A stretch of DNA of 64,000 bases from the human T2T-CHM13v2.0 reference genome, Homo sapiens: assembly GCF_009914755.1 (NCBI RefSeq), contig NC_060929.1; one strand, written 5' to 3'. The notes under the pieces are model-generated. The model was not told the DNA's origin. It made no database searches and saw only the letters and a list, made by a program, of their open reading frames with translations. How positions within the stretch are numbered: position 1 is the first letter of the stretch; each line of letters opens with the position of its first letter. Of this stretch, positions 13,637 through 27,610 are shown piece by piece. The position numbers were made by a program, and so were the translations under genes.

Positions 13637-15216
13637 GGCCCCTTACCTAAGTTAACCTCTTTTTTTATAATGTTTAATTTCTAGCACTATTGTATAGGTA
13701 TTAAAGTTAGTACAAGTAACATGATTTTATTTGGGAATGAGTCTTCAACTAATAGATTTTTAAATGATTTTTCATGATAAAATGACCTAAAATACATAGA
13801 GTATGGAAGTAATGTGTTTTTAGTTGGACAATATTTTGAAACAGATCAGTGTTTTCCTCAGTGGATGTGTGTGCTGTGTGTTGTTGAATATTATTCTGGA
13901 TTTATTCTCCAACAAAGTGTATTTCCTGGAACTGTTTCTTGTAGAAAAATATACAGTTTCTTAGTTTTCACTTAGTAGACTTTCACATTGCTGGAGAATG
14001 CCAAGTCTATTGAGGATGAAAGGGAGATAGGGAATGATGATATAATATGGAATGAGATATGGAATAATGCCTGATAACCTGTGCTTTAATAAATTCTATT
14101 AATAGTATCTTCTGTCACACGGGGAGGAAAGAATAACTCAGAATACTTGTCAGGCTTACATAGTTTATTATATTTTCAGATGAATGGGAAAAGAGGTAAA
14201 GGGTGCTAAACCAAAAATTAGGAAATCTACATTATATTTCTGGTTCTGACACTCATAATTTTGTGTCTTAGGGATAATACTTAGGCAAAGGGATAGAGAC
14301 CATTTGGCTCTAAAATTTTCTAACCTATGAGATCCAGAATAATGATGTATGTATTGTATTAGCACCACTTAATGGCAATAGTAAAAATAGGTGGTCATTA
14401 ACATGGAAAACCAATCTAGTTACTTGGTTATTTCATGGAATCATGGAATTATGGAACTGAAAGTCCTGTCTAAAATCAAGCTCTGTTTTCATTTTTTTAC
14501 ACAATTGCACATGAAACAACTATGGTCCATAGAGGAAAAATTACTTTCCTGATATTATCCAGTTAATTAATGACAGAATCTTTAGGAGCCGCATGCCCCA
14601 ACTTTCTAATATTCTTTTTACAATACCAATATTTTACAGCAAACAGTAAAATTTTGTTGTTTTTTGGAAAAAAGATAATGAGTAATATAGTGAGAAAATG
14701 CAAATGTTGATAAAAGGGAACTCTGACTAAATGGATTTTTTAAGTCTTATGCAAGTGTCTATAAAAAGGTGTTGCATAAATGTAGGTATTTTATGATGGG
14801 AAGGGTTTGGAAGTCAAACCCATGGTACTTGCATAAAGATAAGAAATTGAGTAATAGGAGTTAACCATGATGAGATGATACTACTCTGTTTACATTTTTA
14901 ATATTTGACAGTCCTTAATTGCACTGGTGTTTTAGGCAGTTTTAGCTAAAATAGGAATTAATTGCCAAAAAACTATCCAAAACTGCATTAATGAACAGAA
15001 AAATGATATAATTTCTAGGAATTTATCCAAAGGAAAAAGTCCTTGGCCTTCTCTTCATCTGAAAAGATGACTTAATTTTTAATATGAATCACACTCTTGA
15101 ACTAACTGGATCTAATTACTGCCTATTTTGGTCCTTTCTTCTTCTAGGAATACTTCTGTAAACAGAGAAGTTTGTCATTAAATAATTGCTTTTATCATCA
15201 CCCAGTGAAATACTTT

Positions 15217-16088
15217 TGTGATGGTTAATTTCAAGTGTCAAGTTGACTAGGCCATGAAGTGCCCAGATATTTTGGTCAAACATTATTCTGAGTGTGCCTT
15301 CGAGGGCGTTTGCAGATCAGATTAATATTTAAATCAGTAGACTGAGTAAAGCAGATTGCCCTCTCTAACATGGGTGGGCCTCATCCAATCAGTTGAAGGC
15401 CTGAATAGAATGAAAAAGCTCTCCCTCCCATAAATAAGAAGGAAGTCCTCCTTCCTAACTGGGTAAACTGGGACATCAATCTTTTTCTGGCCAGGCACGG
15501 TGACTCACACCTGTAATCCTAGCACTTTGGGAGGCTGAGGTCAGGAAATCGAGATCAGCCTCTCTACCCCATCTCTACTAAAAATACAAAAACTAGCCAG
15601 GTGTGGTGGTGCCCACCTGTAATTCCAGTTTCTCAGGAGGCTGAGGCATGAGAATCACTTGAACCCAGGAGGCAGAGGCTGCAGTGAGCAGAGATCACAG
15701 CCACTGCACCCCAGCCTGGGTGACGAAGTGAGACTCTGTCTGAAAAAAAAAAAAAAAAAAAAAATTCTTGCCTTCAGACTCAAGCTGGAAAAGCAATTCT
15801 TCTTAGGTGTCAAGCCACGGCCACTCAGAATGAAACTTATACCATCAGCTCTATGAGCTCTCAGGACTTCAAACTCTGATTGAAACTACACCATTGGCTC
15901 TCCTGGGTCTTGAGCTTTCTGACTATAGATCTTGGAACTACTCAGCCTCCATAATTCTGTGAGCCAATATATAGATGTATTATAAGATAATAAATAAATT
16001 TATAGCTATATATATATATATATATATATATGAATAGGATATATATATCCTATTCATGCTATTTCTCTGGAGAACTCTGACTAACACA
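15217..16088 (+). mobile_element. MLT2 (ERVL) solo LTR interrupted by an Alu, with a (TA)n tract
   Basis: tgtgatggttaatttcaagtgtcaagttgactagg...gagaactctgactaacaca; perfect acttt/acttt TSD. Confidence 0.88.
15489..15763 (+). mobile_element. Alu (S-type, small deletions in the left arm)
   Basis: ggccaggcacggtgactcacacctgtaatcc...A tail. Confidence 0.95.
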
Positions 16089-16479
16089 ACTTTATTTGCT
16101 TTTTTCCCCCTGAGAAAACTTACTGTAGACTTTTTACAAAATCTTAGTCTAATCATTTCTTTTTCCGTATTTTTGTCAACAATGATTATATGCTAATCTA
16201 TATACCTTAGAATATCCTCCTTGTTCCTTTTAAACTATGCTTAGAGTGTCTATATCATGAATTTTAACCAATACTGATCTCATTCCTGTTGAAGTGGCTT
16301 TGCAGTTAGATGAAAATAAAACTGGTTTTCATTTTTTGAATTTCCCAATTCTATTTTTTAAAAATTGTCTAGTAATTAATTTTAACAGCACCAAATTGTA
16401 CAATTCTGGGGCCCATGATTCTTGTGTTAGTCTATATGAAAATTGTCTTTTGGAATTTTGCAATGCAGAGCTTTATGTA

Positions 16480-16700
16480 GAAGAGACTGCTGGCTGCCTA
16501 TCCAAGAAGTACAACCAGCTTTTTCCTTTGTGACAGAGTCTCTAATTTATTTGTTGAACCAACTCTCCTCTTGAAGACCACATAACTCACTAAACCAAAA
16601 GTAGTATACCATTGTTTTTGCTGGCAATTGGGCCTAGGATGGATATGTGACATAGTTCTGGCATAGGGGAAGTCTTCTGGCAACGTTACTGATAAATAAA
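16480..16700 (+). mobile_element. Degenerate MLT1-type LTR fragment
   Basis: ctaggatggatatgtgacatagttctggca motif typical of old MLT1. Confidence 0.4.
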
Positions 16701-16799
16701 AAGAGATGTCCCTTTTATTCTGCCAGGCATTGTCATATGTAGACACAGTTCCTGGAAGTATGACAGAGTTTGTGACTATGAAGGGAGAAGTGGAACTGG

Positions 16800-17200
16800 G
16801 CATAGGTCAATGCAATTAGGTATCTGAAGAATAGGGTGAAAAAGATTTTTAAAACACAAAGAAACTCTGGGACCTATAGCACAATGGTGTCCCAAAAGAG
16901 AGAAGGGAGAGCATGTGGCACACAAACAAAAGAGAATAAATAGTGGCCAAAATTTCCGCAAGTAGGTGAAAGATACAAATTTATAGATTTAGAGAAGTTC
17001 AGTGACTCCCAACTTATGTGATAACTGCCTCATATGTCTTAAAGAAATTGGACTTATGTAAAAATTTGCAGGTAACATTTTATAGTGGTAAAATGTTTAA
17101 TATTTCCCCCACATATCAGGAATAATGCAAAGATGCACACAGTCACCACCATTTGTATTCAACATTGTATTGAAGGTCCTGATTATTGAAATAATAAACC
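16800..17200 (+). mobile_element. Old L1 fragments (ORF1/ORF2-like)
   Basis: ggccaaaatttcc...gaaagatacaaatttatagattt and tattcaacattgtattgaaggtcc resemble L1. Confidence 0.5.
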
Positions 17201-17461
17201 TTAATTTTCTTTTTTCTTAATTGATCTAACAGATCATAGTTCGTTCAAAATAATAATAGCATTGTATTCAGCTATATCAATAATCATCTTAAACATCAAG
17301 GTCTAAATAAACAAATTTAAAAAAAGAGATTTTCTGAGTAGATAAAAAAGTAAGACCCAACTATATGTTGTTTGAGAAGAAACTCACTTTATATATAAAG
17401 ACACATACAGATTAATAGCAAAGGGATGGAGAAAGATACACCATGCTAAAACTGTTTTTCA

Positions 17462-17903
<442 letters not shown>

Positions 17904-19121
17904 TTAATGTATATGCACCTAACACCACAACATCAAAATACCTGAGGCAAAAACTCATAGACTTTTAGGAAAAATAGATTAATTCATGATTACTGTTGGG
18001 GACTTTCACACCCCTCTGTCAGAAATGGACAGATTTAGGAGACAGAAAATCATTAAGTACATAGTTGAACTCAACAACACCATCAGTCAATTGGATGTAA
18101 TGCACATCTGTAGAGTACTTCATCCAAACACAACAAAATACAAAATCTTCTCAATCTCTCATGGAGCATTCAACAATATTGACCACATTCTGGGCCATAA
18201 ATTCCATGTTCACAAATCTAAAGTAAAAATTGTACAATGTCTGCTTTCAGAATACAATGGAATTAAAGCAGAAATTAATAACAGAAAGATAGCTGGAAAA
18301 TTCCAAAATACTTAGAGATTAAACAACAGACTTCTAAATAACACGTAGGTCAAAAAAGAAATCTCAAGTGAATTCAAAAAATATTTTGAACTAAATAAAA
18401 ATGAAAACACAACTTATCAAAATTTGTAGAATGCTATAAAACTAGTGCATAGAGGAACATTTATGACACTGAATGCAGATATTTAAAAAAGAAAGTGCTA
18501 AAATAAAGTTTCTAAGCATCTGCCTTAGGAAACTATAGTTTTAAAAAGTGCAAATGAAATTCAAAGTAAGCAGAAAAAAAGAAATAATAAGAATTAGAGC
18601 ATAACTCAATGAAACTGAAAGCTGGAAATTAATAGAGAAAAGTCAATGAAACCAACAACTAGTTCTATGGAAAGATCAATAAAATTGATAAAACTCTGGC
18701 AGGCTAAGAGAGAGAAAATATAAATGATTAGTATAAGAATGAAAGAGGGAACATCACTATAGATCCCATGCATATCAAAAGGATAATAAAAATATTATGA
18801 AAACTTTCTCCTCACAAATTTGACAGCCTAGGTAAAATGGACCAATTTCTTGAAAGACACCACCTGCCAATCATTATGCAACAAGAAATAGATGATTGGA
18901 ATTAGGCCTATGTCTATTAAGGAAATTGAATCGATAATTAACAACCTTCCAAAATAGAGAGCTCAGATGGGTTCATTGATGAAGTTGACAACAACACTTA
19001 AGCAATAAATTATAGCAATCATCTACAATCTCTTACAGAATATAGAGGCACAGGAAATTCTTCCTAATTCATTATATGAGGTCAGCATTACCTAACCAAA
19101 ACCAGATAAAGCCATTACAAT

Positions 19122-19408
19122 GGCCGGGCATGGTGGCTTATGCCAGTAATCCCAACAATTTGGGAGGCCGAGGCGGGTGGATAACTTGAAGTCAAGAGTT
19201 CGAGACCAGTCTGGTCAACATAGTGAAATCCCATCTCCACTAAAAATACAAAAATTAGCTGGGCGTGGGGGAAGGCATCTGTAATCCAGCTACTCAGGAG
19301 ACTGAGTCAGGAGAATCACTTGAACCTGGGAGGCAGAAGTCGCAGTGAGCTGAGATCATGCCACTGCAAGCCTGGGCAACAGTGCAAGACCCCATCTCAA
19401 AAAAAAAA
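19122..19408 (+). mobile_element. AluS
   Basis: ggccgggcatggtggctta...ccccatctcaaaaaaaaaa. Confidence 0.95.
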
Positions 19409-21095
19409 GACAATTCAAAAAAGGAAACTACAGACCAATGTCACTCAGGAACATAGAAACAAAAATCCTCAAAAAATATTCAATCAAAAAAAAGAATCCA
19501 ACAATATATAAAAAGAATTATAAACAATGACCAAGTGGGATTTATCTCGGGTATTCAAGGCTGATTGACATTCTAAACCAATGTAATCCATCACATCAAC
19601 AGGCTCAAGAATAAAAATCACACAATCATATCAAATTCAACACCTATTTATTAAAAAAACTATCAGGAAATTAGGAATATAAACTTTTTCAACCTGATAA
19701 AGAACACACACACACACATACACACACAAATCCACAGTAACATAATAACTATGAGAAACTTGAAGTTTTCCCACTAAGATTAGATACTACTGCTTTTAAA
19801 CATCATATTGAAAGTCCTAACTAATGCATAAAGACAAGAAAAGGAGATAAAATATATACAAATTGGGCAAGAAGATATAAAACTGTCTTTGTAGATGACA
19901 TGATCACTTATGTAGACAATATGAACAAAATAAACAAAAATGCTCCTAAAACTAGTAAGTGATTATAGAAAGGTTGAAGGGCACAAACTTAATGTACAAA
20001 AGTCAATCACTTTTTAATATACCAGCAATGAACAAATGGAATTTGAAATTAAAACAGAATTTTATTTACATTAGCACCCCAAAAATGAAATACCTAGATG
20101 TAAATTTAACAGAATATGTATAAGATCTGTATGAGAAAAACTATACAACAGTAATGAAAAATAGCAGATAAGAAATAAATTGAGAGAGAGTCTATGTTCA
20201 TAGATAGGAATACTCAATATTGTCAAGATAGTAGTTACTTCCAACTTGATCTATATACTCAAGGCAATCCCAATAAAAATCTTAGGCAGATAATTTGTGG
20301 ATATTCACAAACTGATTACCATGTTTATATGGAGAAGCAAAAGACCAAGAATAGCCAACAAATTATTAAAGGAGAAGAATATAGATGACTGATATTACCG
20401 AAATTCAATACTTACTATAAAGTTACAGTAATTAAGATAGTTTGGTGTTGGTGAAGGAATAGACAAATATGTCAATGAAACAGAATAGTAAGTACAGAAA
20501 TAAACTCATAAAAATATAGTCAACTATACTTTGACAGAGGAGTAAAGGCAGTACAGTGGAGAAAAGATAGTCTTTCACTTGCTGGTGGGAAAAGGAAATG
20601 GTACAGTCACTTTGGAAGACAGTTTGGCAGTTTTTTACAAAACTAAACATACCATTAGCATTCAATCCAGCAATCATGCTCATTGGTATTTACCCAAATG
20701 AATTGAAAAGTTGTGCCTCTACATGAATGTTTATAGCAGCTCTATTCATCATTACCAAAACTTGGAAGCAACCAAGATATACTTCAGTAGATGAATGGAT
20801 AAATAAACTATGCTACAATCAGATGAAGAATTATTATTCAGGGCTAAAAAGAAATGAGCTATCAAGCCATGAAAAAACATGGAGGAAATTTAAATGGATA
20901 TTACTAATTAAGTGAAAACAATCTGAAAGAGCTACAATTACTATATGATTCCAACTCTATGACATTCCAGAGAAGGCAAAACTGGAAACAGTAAAAAATT
21001 AGTGGTTGCTGAGAGTTCAAGAGAAGGAAATGATGAATAGGCAGAGGATAGAGGATTTTTAGGACAATGAAACTATCCTATACAATAGTACAATG

Positions 21096-21379
21096 CGCCT
21101 GTAATCCTAGCACTTTGGGAGGCCGAGGTGGGTGGATCACGAGGTCAGGAGATCGAGACCATCCTGGCTAACACAGTGAAACCCCGTCTCTACCAAAAAT
21201 ACAAAAAATTAGCCTGGCAGGGTGGCACACGCCTGTAGTCCCAGTTACTCGGGAGGCTGAGGCAGGAGAATCGCTTGAAACCCGGGAGGCGGAGCTTGCA
21301 GTGAGCTGAGACTGCGCCACTGCACTCCAGCCTGGGCAACAGAGCAAGACTCTGTCTCAAAAAAAAAAAAAAAAAAAAA
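21096..21379 (+). mobile_element. Young Alu (AluY/Sc-like), 5'-truncated by about 20 nt
   Basis: ggatcacgaggtcaggagatcgagaccatcctggctaac and ggagcttgcag diagnostics; TSD agtacaatg on both sides. Confidence 0.93.
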
Positions 21380-21664
21380 GTACAATGATGGTTACATGTC
21401 AATATACATTCATCCAAACCTATAGAATGTACAACTCCAAGAGTGAGCCACTATGTAAACTATGGACTTTAAGTGATAATGATGTGTCAATATACATTCT
21501 TAGATTGTAACAAATGTACTACTCCGGTGCAGGATGTTGATAGTGGGGGCGGTAGTTGTTGAGGGGCGGTGGGCAGAGTGTGTATGGGAACTCTCTGTAC
21601 TTTCTGCTTAATTTTGCCATGAACCTAAAACTCTTCCAATAGATAAAATTTATTAATTAAAAAT

Positions 21665-22310
21665 TCCCTGACACCATACACAAAAATTAACTCAAAATGG
21701 ACTATTGACATAAATATAAACGCTGAAATCATCTAACTTTTAGATAAAATGTAATTTTCATGATGTTCATGTAAGCAAAGATTTCTTAGTTTACAGAAAC
21801 AATACCTATAACAATTGAGAAATTATACTTTATCAAAAATTAAAATATGCTTATCAAAGTACACAGTTAAAAAAACGAATAGGCAAACCATAGGTGGGAA
21901 GAAAATTGTATACATACCGCTGGCAAAGAGCAGGTATATGGGTTATACAAAGATACCCTATAATTCAATAAGCAAAAGACAAATAACTCAATTAAAATGC
22001 GCAAAAACTGTACAGACGTTTTACAACACAAGATATATAAAAGGACAGTAAGCATGTAAAAAAGTGTTCAGCATTATCTGGCATCAGGAAAATGTGAATT
22101 AAACCTGATGTGTGCAATTCATTTAGAAATGCATATAAAGTGAAGTGGCTGGATTGCTAAACAGGATGATGGTGACATAGAGATGTATGCAATAAAGCAA
22201 GTACAGTAAAATGTATATGGTCAAATATAGGTGATGAGTATTAGGATGTTTATTACAAAATTTGTTCCACTAAGTTGTATGTTAAACTTTTTCCATAAGG
22301 AAATCTTGGA
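21665..22310 (+). mobile_element. Older L1 (L1ME-like) 3' fragments
   Basis: acaccatacacaaaaattaactcaaaatgga...; aagacaaataactcaattaaaatg. Confidence 0.65.
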
Positions 22311-22409
22311 CAATATAAAGACAAGTGAATACAATAATATTTAAACACTAATAAAAATGATTTACAATTATGAAATATCTAAACTGATCTAGAATGTGGA
22401 AATTATACA

Positions 22410-23180
22410 TTTTATTTAAGAGCAGTAAGTGCTGCATAGCAATAACACAGAGAGGACTGGATGGATTGGGATATGGGAGGTGCCTAAAATTTTAAATAGG
22501 GTTGTTACAGTCTTCACTCTGAAAATTATGCCCAAGTTCAGAATTAAAGAAGGTGAGGAAATTAAGTAAGCAGCAATTTGGAGGAAGCTTGTTATAGTTA
22601 AGGGTGACAAGTGCAAAGACCCTGAGGTGGACCATATCTAGCACATTCAAGAGAGAACATGGAGGTCAGTTAGCTGGAACAGAATGAGCAAGGTGTAGAG
22701 TAACAGGAGATCAGGTCAAAGGTCTGGTAAAGAGCTGCAGGTGGACCTGTGGGTTCATGTGTGTAAAGACTTTGGTTTTTATTCTGACAGAAGTAAAGAA
22801 CTATTGAGATTTTTTAGGAAAATAGTGGCATCATCGGTCTTAGGGTGAAAAGAATTACTCTGACCACTGAGTTAAGAGTAGATTGTAAAAGAACAAAGGT
22901 AGAAGCAAAGAGACCATTTTGACAACTAGAGCAGTAATCCAGGACTTTAGCTGGACTTAAGGTTATAACATTAAAAGTGGTGAAATGTGATTGTATCCTG
23001 GTTACATCTTAGAGTATAATCAAACTGATTTGCTGATGTGTTGTATGTTCAGCATGAGAGAAAGAATAGTGGAGGATAGCACCAAGATTTTTTGTCTTGA
23101 TAAAGTGGAAATACTGAGTTTGTGTAAGAGACAGAAGAAAAGGGGAGAAGTGTTGGAGTGAAACTATCTTTGAGTAGGCA
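22410..23180 (-). mobile_element. L2 LINE fragment
   Basis: gtgcaaagaccctgaggtgg, aaagactttggtttttattctg, gcagtaatccagg. Confidence 0.7.
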
Positions 23181-23399
23181 AGAGAGAATGAAATATGGTG
23201 TATAGATGAAGGGATTAGATTTAGGGGAATAAACAGTTAATTTTACCATGGGTGAGAGAACATGGTATATGATATAGATCCTGTCAAGTGGCAAATTTGT
23301 CTCAGGTAGCTTGTGAGAGTTCCCTTTTGATTGCTTCTTATGTTCTTAGTGAAATAAAAATACTTGGTCATCAACTGAATTTTATTTTTATCTTTACAT

Positions 23400-23800
23400 T
23401 AAAAAATGTACATACTCTTTGACCCAGACGTTCCACTTCTGGGAATCTATCCTTTGGAAATAAAACACTGGCATACAAGGACATAGGTACAAAATTTATT
23501 AGTGTATCAATGTTTATAGTGACATAGAAAAAGCTTCATATTTAATATTCATCATTCATAGAGAAATAATTTTATACATTTTGTGTCATTCCTATTATTG
23601 AAAATTTTTCTCTCCTTTGAAAATCCAGTAAATGTATGTATATTTATCAGGACGGATGGTCATGTAATATTGTTAAGTGGGCAAGGGAAAGTAGAAAGTA
23701 TTGTGTATACTGTTACTGTTTTAAATGAACAAAAATAAATCTTATATACATTTCGCATATGGATAAATATGTTAAGAATAAACAACTAACAATTTAAAAT
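23400..23800 (+). mobile_element. Old L1 3' fragment
   Basis: catactctttgacccagacgttccacttctgggaatctatcc. Confidence 0.6.
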
Positions 23801-24316
23801 TGGTTAATTGAGGAAATAGAAATGGAGGATATGTGCTTTAGATTTAGATTTTTTTTCTTTATGTATACTTGCATTGCTTCAGTTATGGTAGGAAACACAT
23901 ATTGCTTTTGAATAAATACTTACCAGAGAAAATTCATTTTTTAATAAAAGCATATTCAATTTATTTGTAAAAAAATTTACCTACATATCTGATAATTTTG
24001 TGTTGGGAGTATCATTCGATATCATTATGTTCATATTTAGATTTTGTTTAACCGTTAGCAGATACAGCTGAGTTTAACTCCCACTCTATAACTCATCTGT
24101 CAAATGCTTTCTGAACGTCGTAAAGATTTTGCATCACATTTTAAAAGTTTTATTTAAAATATCAAATCATATTTATGCCATATTTTCATTAATAACACAT
24201 TTTATCATAATGCAATTACCATTCCAGTATACCTTATATATTTTCTTTTAATTTACCTTTCAATGTAATTCGTGTTATTATGTCTTATGGTGATGCATGA
24301 ATTTACACTGTTCAGC

Positions 24317-24364
24317 CATTATAAAATTATGTTACTAGGTCATTATAAAATTATGTTACTAGGT
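24317..24364 (+). repeat. Perfect 24-bp tandem duplication
   Basis: cattataaaattatgttactaggt x2. Confidence 0.95.
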
Positions 24365-24596
24365 TACCATCATCCCAGATCACTTTTATTACACTTCCTA
24401 TTTGTATTTTTATTATATCTCTCGGTTTATGGGTTTATTTTGCTTATGATTGAGAAGTAAACAGATTTTCACTTTTTGTTGTAGTTGATTTAAATATTTT
24501 CTTATAACAGTTTTAATAAAATACTATTTTCCTATAAAAGAATACTTAATCATATGATTATGTAAAATGTATTTTAATGGAACAGAGTTTATATAC

Positions 24597-24962
24597 TGCT
24601 ATGGTCTGAATATTGGTGTCCCCCAAAATTCATATGTTAGAGCTTACTACCCAATGTGATAGTAGTAAGAAGGTGAGCCTTCAGGAAGTGATTAAGGCCT
24701 GAGGGCTTCATCTTCGTGAATGGGTTACTATCCCAACTAAAAAGAGGTTCAAGGGAACTCCCTGTGCCCTCTGCTATGTAAAGACTTAGCAACAATGCAC
24801 CATCTATTAAGTAATGAGTGAGCCCTTACTAAACACCAGATCTATTGGCATCTTGATTTTGGACTTCCCAGCCTCCAGAAATGTGAGTAATACGTTTCTG
24901 CTGTTTGTAAGTTACTCAGCCTAAAGTATTTTGTTATAGCAGCCCAAAAGGAGTGAGACACA
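24597..24962 (+). mobile_element. MLT1A-type MaLR solo LTR
   Basis: tgctatggtctgaatattggtgtcccccaaaattcatatgtt...tattttgttatagcagccc; tatac flanks. Confidence 0.88.
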
Positions 24963-24994
24963 TATACATATTAAAATTACTTCTAACACCACCA

Positions 24995-25423
24995 CAGTTA
25001 TCAATCTTCTGTCCGGCTTCCCTCTGATGCCTTTTACTATTTCACGGAGCTCTGACCCTAAGTTTCCCGCATTTTTGCTTCCAGCAACCTGTACCTATGA
25101 TTGCTCAAAAGAGGACCTCCACACAGGGTAACTCTTCACTAAAGAAGGTCTAGTGCAGTGCAAAAATATGAAAGCCAGCTCTCTTGCACTGGGGCAGAAT
25201 AACTCTGACATACATCCTAGACTGCAGAGAACCCTGGTGGAATCAAGTTGCAGCTATCCTCTAGGGCAGGAGGCTTTGCCTAAAATTGCATTGTTGTTTG
25301 CGTTGTTCCCCTCCCTTTCCTGCTTGTCTCACTCCCTTACCCTGGGAGTTCTTTCTTCAGAAATCACTTGCACATGGATTCTTGTGTCTGAATTTGTTTC
25401 AGGGACACGCAATCTAAGTTACA
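24995..25423 (+). mobile_element. LTR16-like ERVL LTR
   Basis: 3' end aaatcacttgcacatggattcttgtgtctg...caatctaagttaca. Confidence 0.5.
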
Positions 25424-27189
25424 CTCAAACTACATGGCTATTAAATTCCTGTCTAATCAAACCTTCACCTTTAGGCCTCTGCTTTTTATGTCTTTTCTGG
25501 AAGATAAGCAATTAAGTTGTTTCAAGAGGAGATTACTGAAAAAGTGCATTCTTCTAGGGTTCTAATATTTTATACAAATCTTCTGGCAATAATTTCTTAT
25601 TCTACACCAATTACTTTATTGGTCAAAACTGAAAATTCTATTTGAAAGTTGAGTCAATAAAGAATATGTTTAGGAAGAGCCAAGATCTATCAGTTTTTTT
25701 CAACTCAAGTTACATTTGTTACCACTTATTTCACATTCCTAGAAATCTGTGTTAGAATTGATTTCTATCCTAGCTATTTTTTAGAAACCATTTTTCTTAC
25801 TCTCTGCCCTGTTCTATGTTCTTTATATATACTGGCTTATTTTAGCTTATACCCCACCTGGAACAATGATAGTCCAAGTCATTTGATCCTGGTTATTGCC
25901 CAGTTCTGACCTGTTGTTTCTTGGTGTTTATTGGCTGTCTTGGCTTTGACTTTCAGGCTTCTTTGGTTTGACAGAACATTTGGACACATTTCTGCAAACG
26001 GACCCTTGGCATCTCTTCTTGGAACAAAATTTTGTATTTGGACTCTGGCACCATGCACCACAGATGCAAGCAAGAAGCACTTCTACCTTCTGAGGCGGCC
26101 CCTCAAACTCAAGCCAGCTAGGCTAGGCCTGTCCAGCTTTCCTTCACAAAGAAGGATTGGAGAGTTGCCGCTTACTGGCTTTCTCAAATGTCATTACTTA
26201 GCCAGTCTTCTGAAGATTGAGATTCATGAACATTGGACTCTTGCCTGTAATTACAATTCTTAAGTATATTAACCTTATTTTCAGCTGTATTTTTAGTTGC
26301 TTTCTGACTTCATCTTGAAAATACCTATACTCTTTCTGCATTTATTCTAATCTTACTTCTGATCTTGATTTTAAAAAGATCTTTATCAATGAAATCACCT
26401 CCAAGAACTATTTTTGAACTTTAAGATGTATTCTTAAATTTTTAGTAAAATAGGATTTAGAATCAACTTTGTGAAGATTACTAACAGAAAAATGAATAGC
26501 TCCTACCATGAGGCAGTTTATAGTTAATGTAAAGAATATTATACTTGTTTATACATGAAAAAGCCATTTTCTTTCTCTAAACCTCAGAGAGCTATATATA
26601 TTTAATGAATAAATGAATGTATGATGAATGAATTCCTGTCAGTCTTTAGCGAAGTCTTATCTCTTATTTGGAATTCTTTCTTTATCCCCTATGTCTTCAT
26701 AAATTCCAACCAATATCCAGGATTAATTCAAATTCCTTACAAGGATCTGAGAAGGGTTGGAGCTGTGGTATGGGTATGATTGGTAGATAGTTTTGAGCAA
26801 CACTATCACCAGAAAATCTCTATTTTTCTCCCAGTGACTTTTTGTTGAGGGTTGAAGAGTTTCCTTGAAGGCAAAAAAAAAAAAACTGTACTCATCCAAA
26901 ATGTTACAGATGTAACTTATGGTTCAATAGAAGCCTCTGCAAGCCAGGATACAGAAAGAAACTTGAACCTTTGCAGAAGCTTGCAGATTCAGCAACAGAG
27001 ACTGAGATAAGAATGAAATGGTAATTCTGGGTATGGTGTGGTGCCAAGTCCTGAAACCAGTCCCAATATACCTACCCTAGAAGCATGTGGACATCCTGAG
27101 GACATGAAGGGCTCTATGTGTGATCCGGAAAAGGTGTTCCACTATATTCTAAAGTATTTATGGGCTGTGGTAGGCAGAGAAAATTATCC

Positions 27190-27610
27190 AGCAAAAATTC
27201 ATGAATTGTTACTGAAAAGTGACTTCTCAGATAAGTATTACATTTCTCAGCTCTCGTCGTCATTAAGCATTACCATGGTGACTCAGATCTATCCAGTGGA
27301 ATATTGTAAGAAGTGATGTTGCTATTCAAGATCTGGCTCATGGAAGTGCTCCTCTGTGATCTTCTCTCTTTTTTTTCTGCTGCCTATAATAAAAACTTCT
27401 CCCAGGGAACTTTGGAAGTCTCATGCAGAAGACAGCAGAAACTTCACCAATCTGGGTCTCTGTGTGACTGAAAGTATAAGAGATGGCAGACCCATCTACC
27501 TGTTCTCTCACCTTTTAGTGTCACATGATCAAGAAATACACTTCTATTGTCGAGAGCCATATATGCTTTTGAGTCTACTTGTACTGTGAGTTTACTCTAG
27601 TTCAGATCCT
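27190..27610 (+). mobile_element. Old MLT1 (MLT1J-like) LTR
   Basis: tacatttctcagctctc...gtgactcag...agaagtgatg...caagaaatacacttctattgt. Confidence 0.6.

Noticed and set aside
17986-20915. Endonuclease and C-terminal L1 ORF2 peptides as active genes
   Set aside because: Short fragments with stops and frameshifts, interrupted by Alus; a dead L1.
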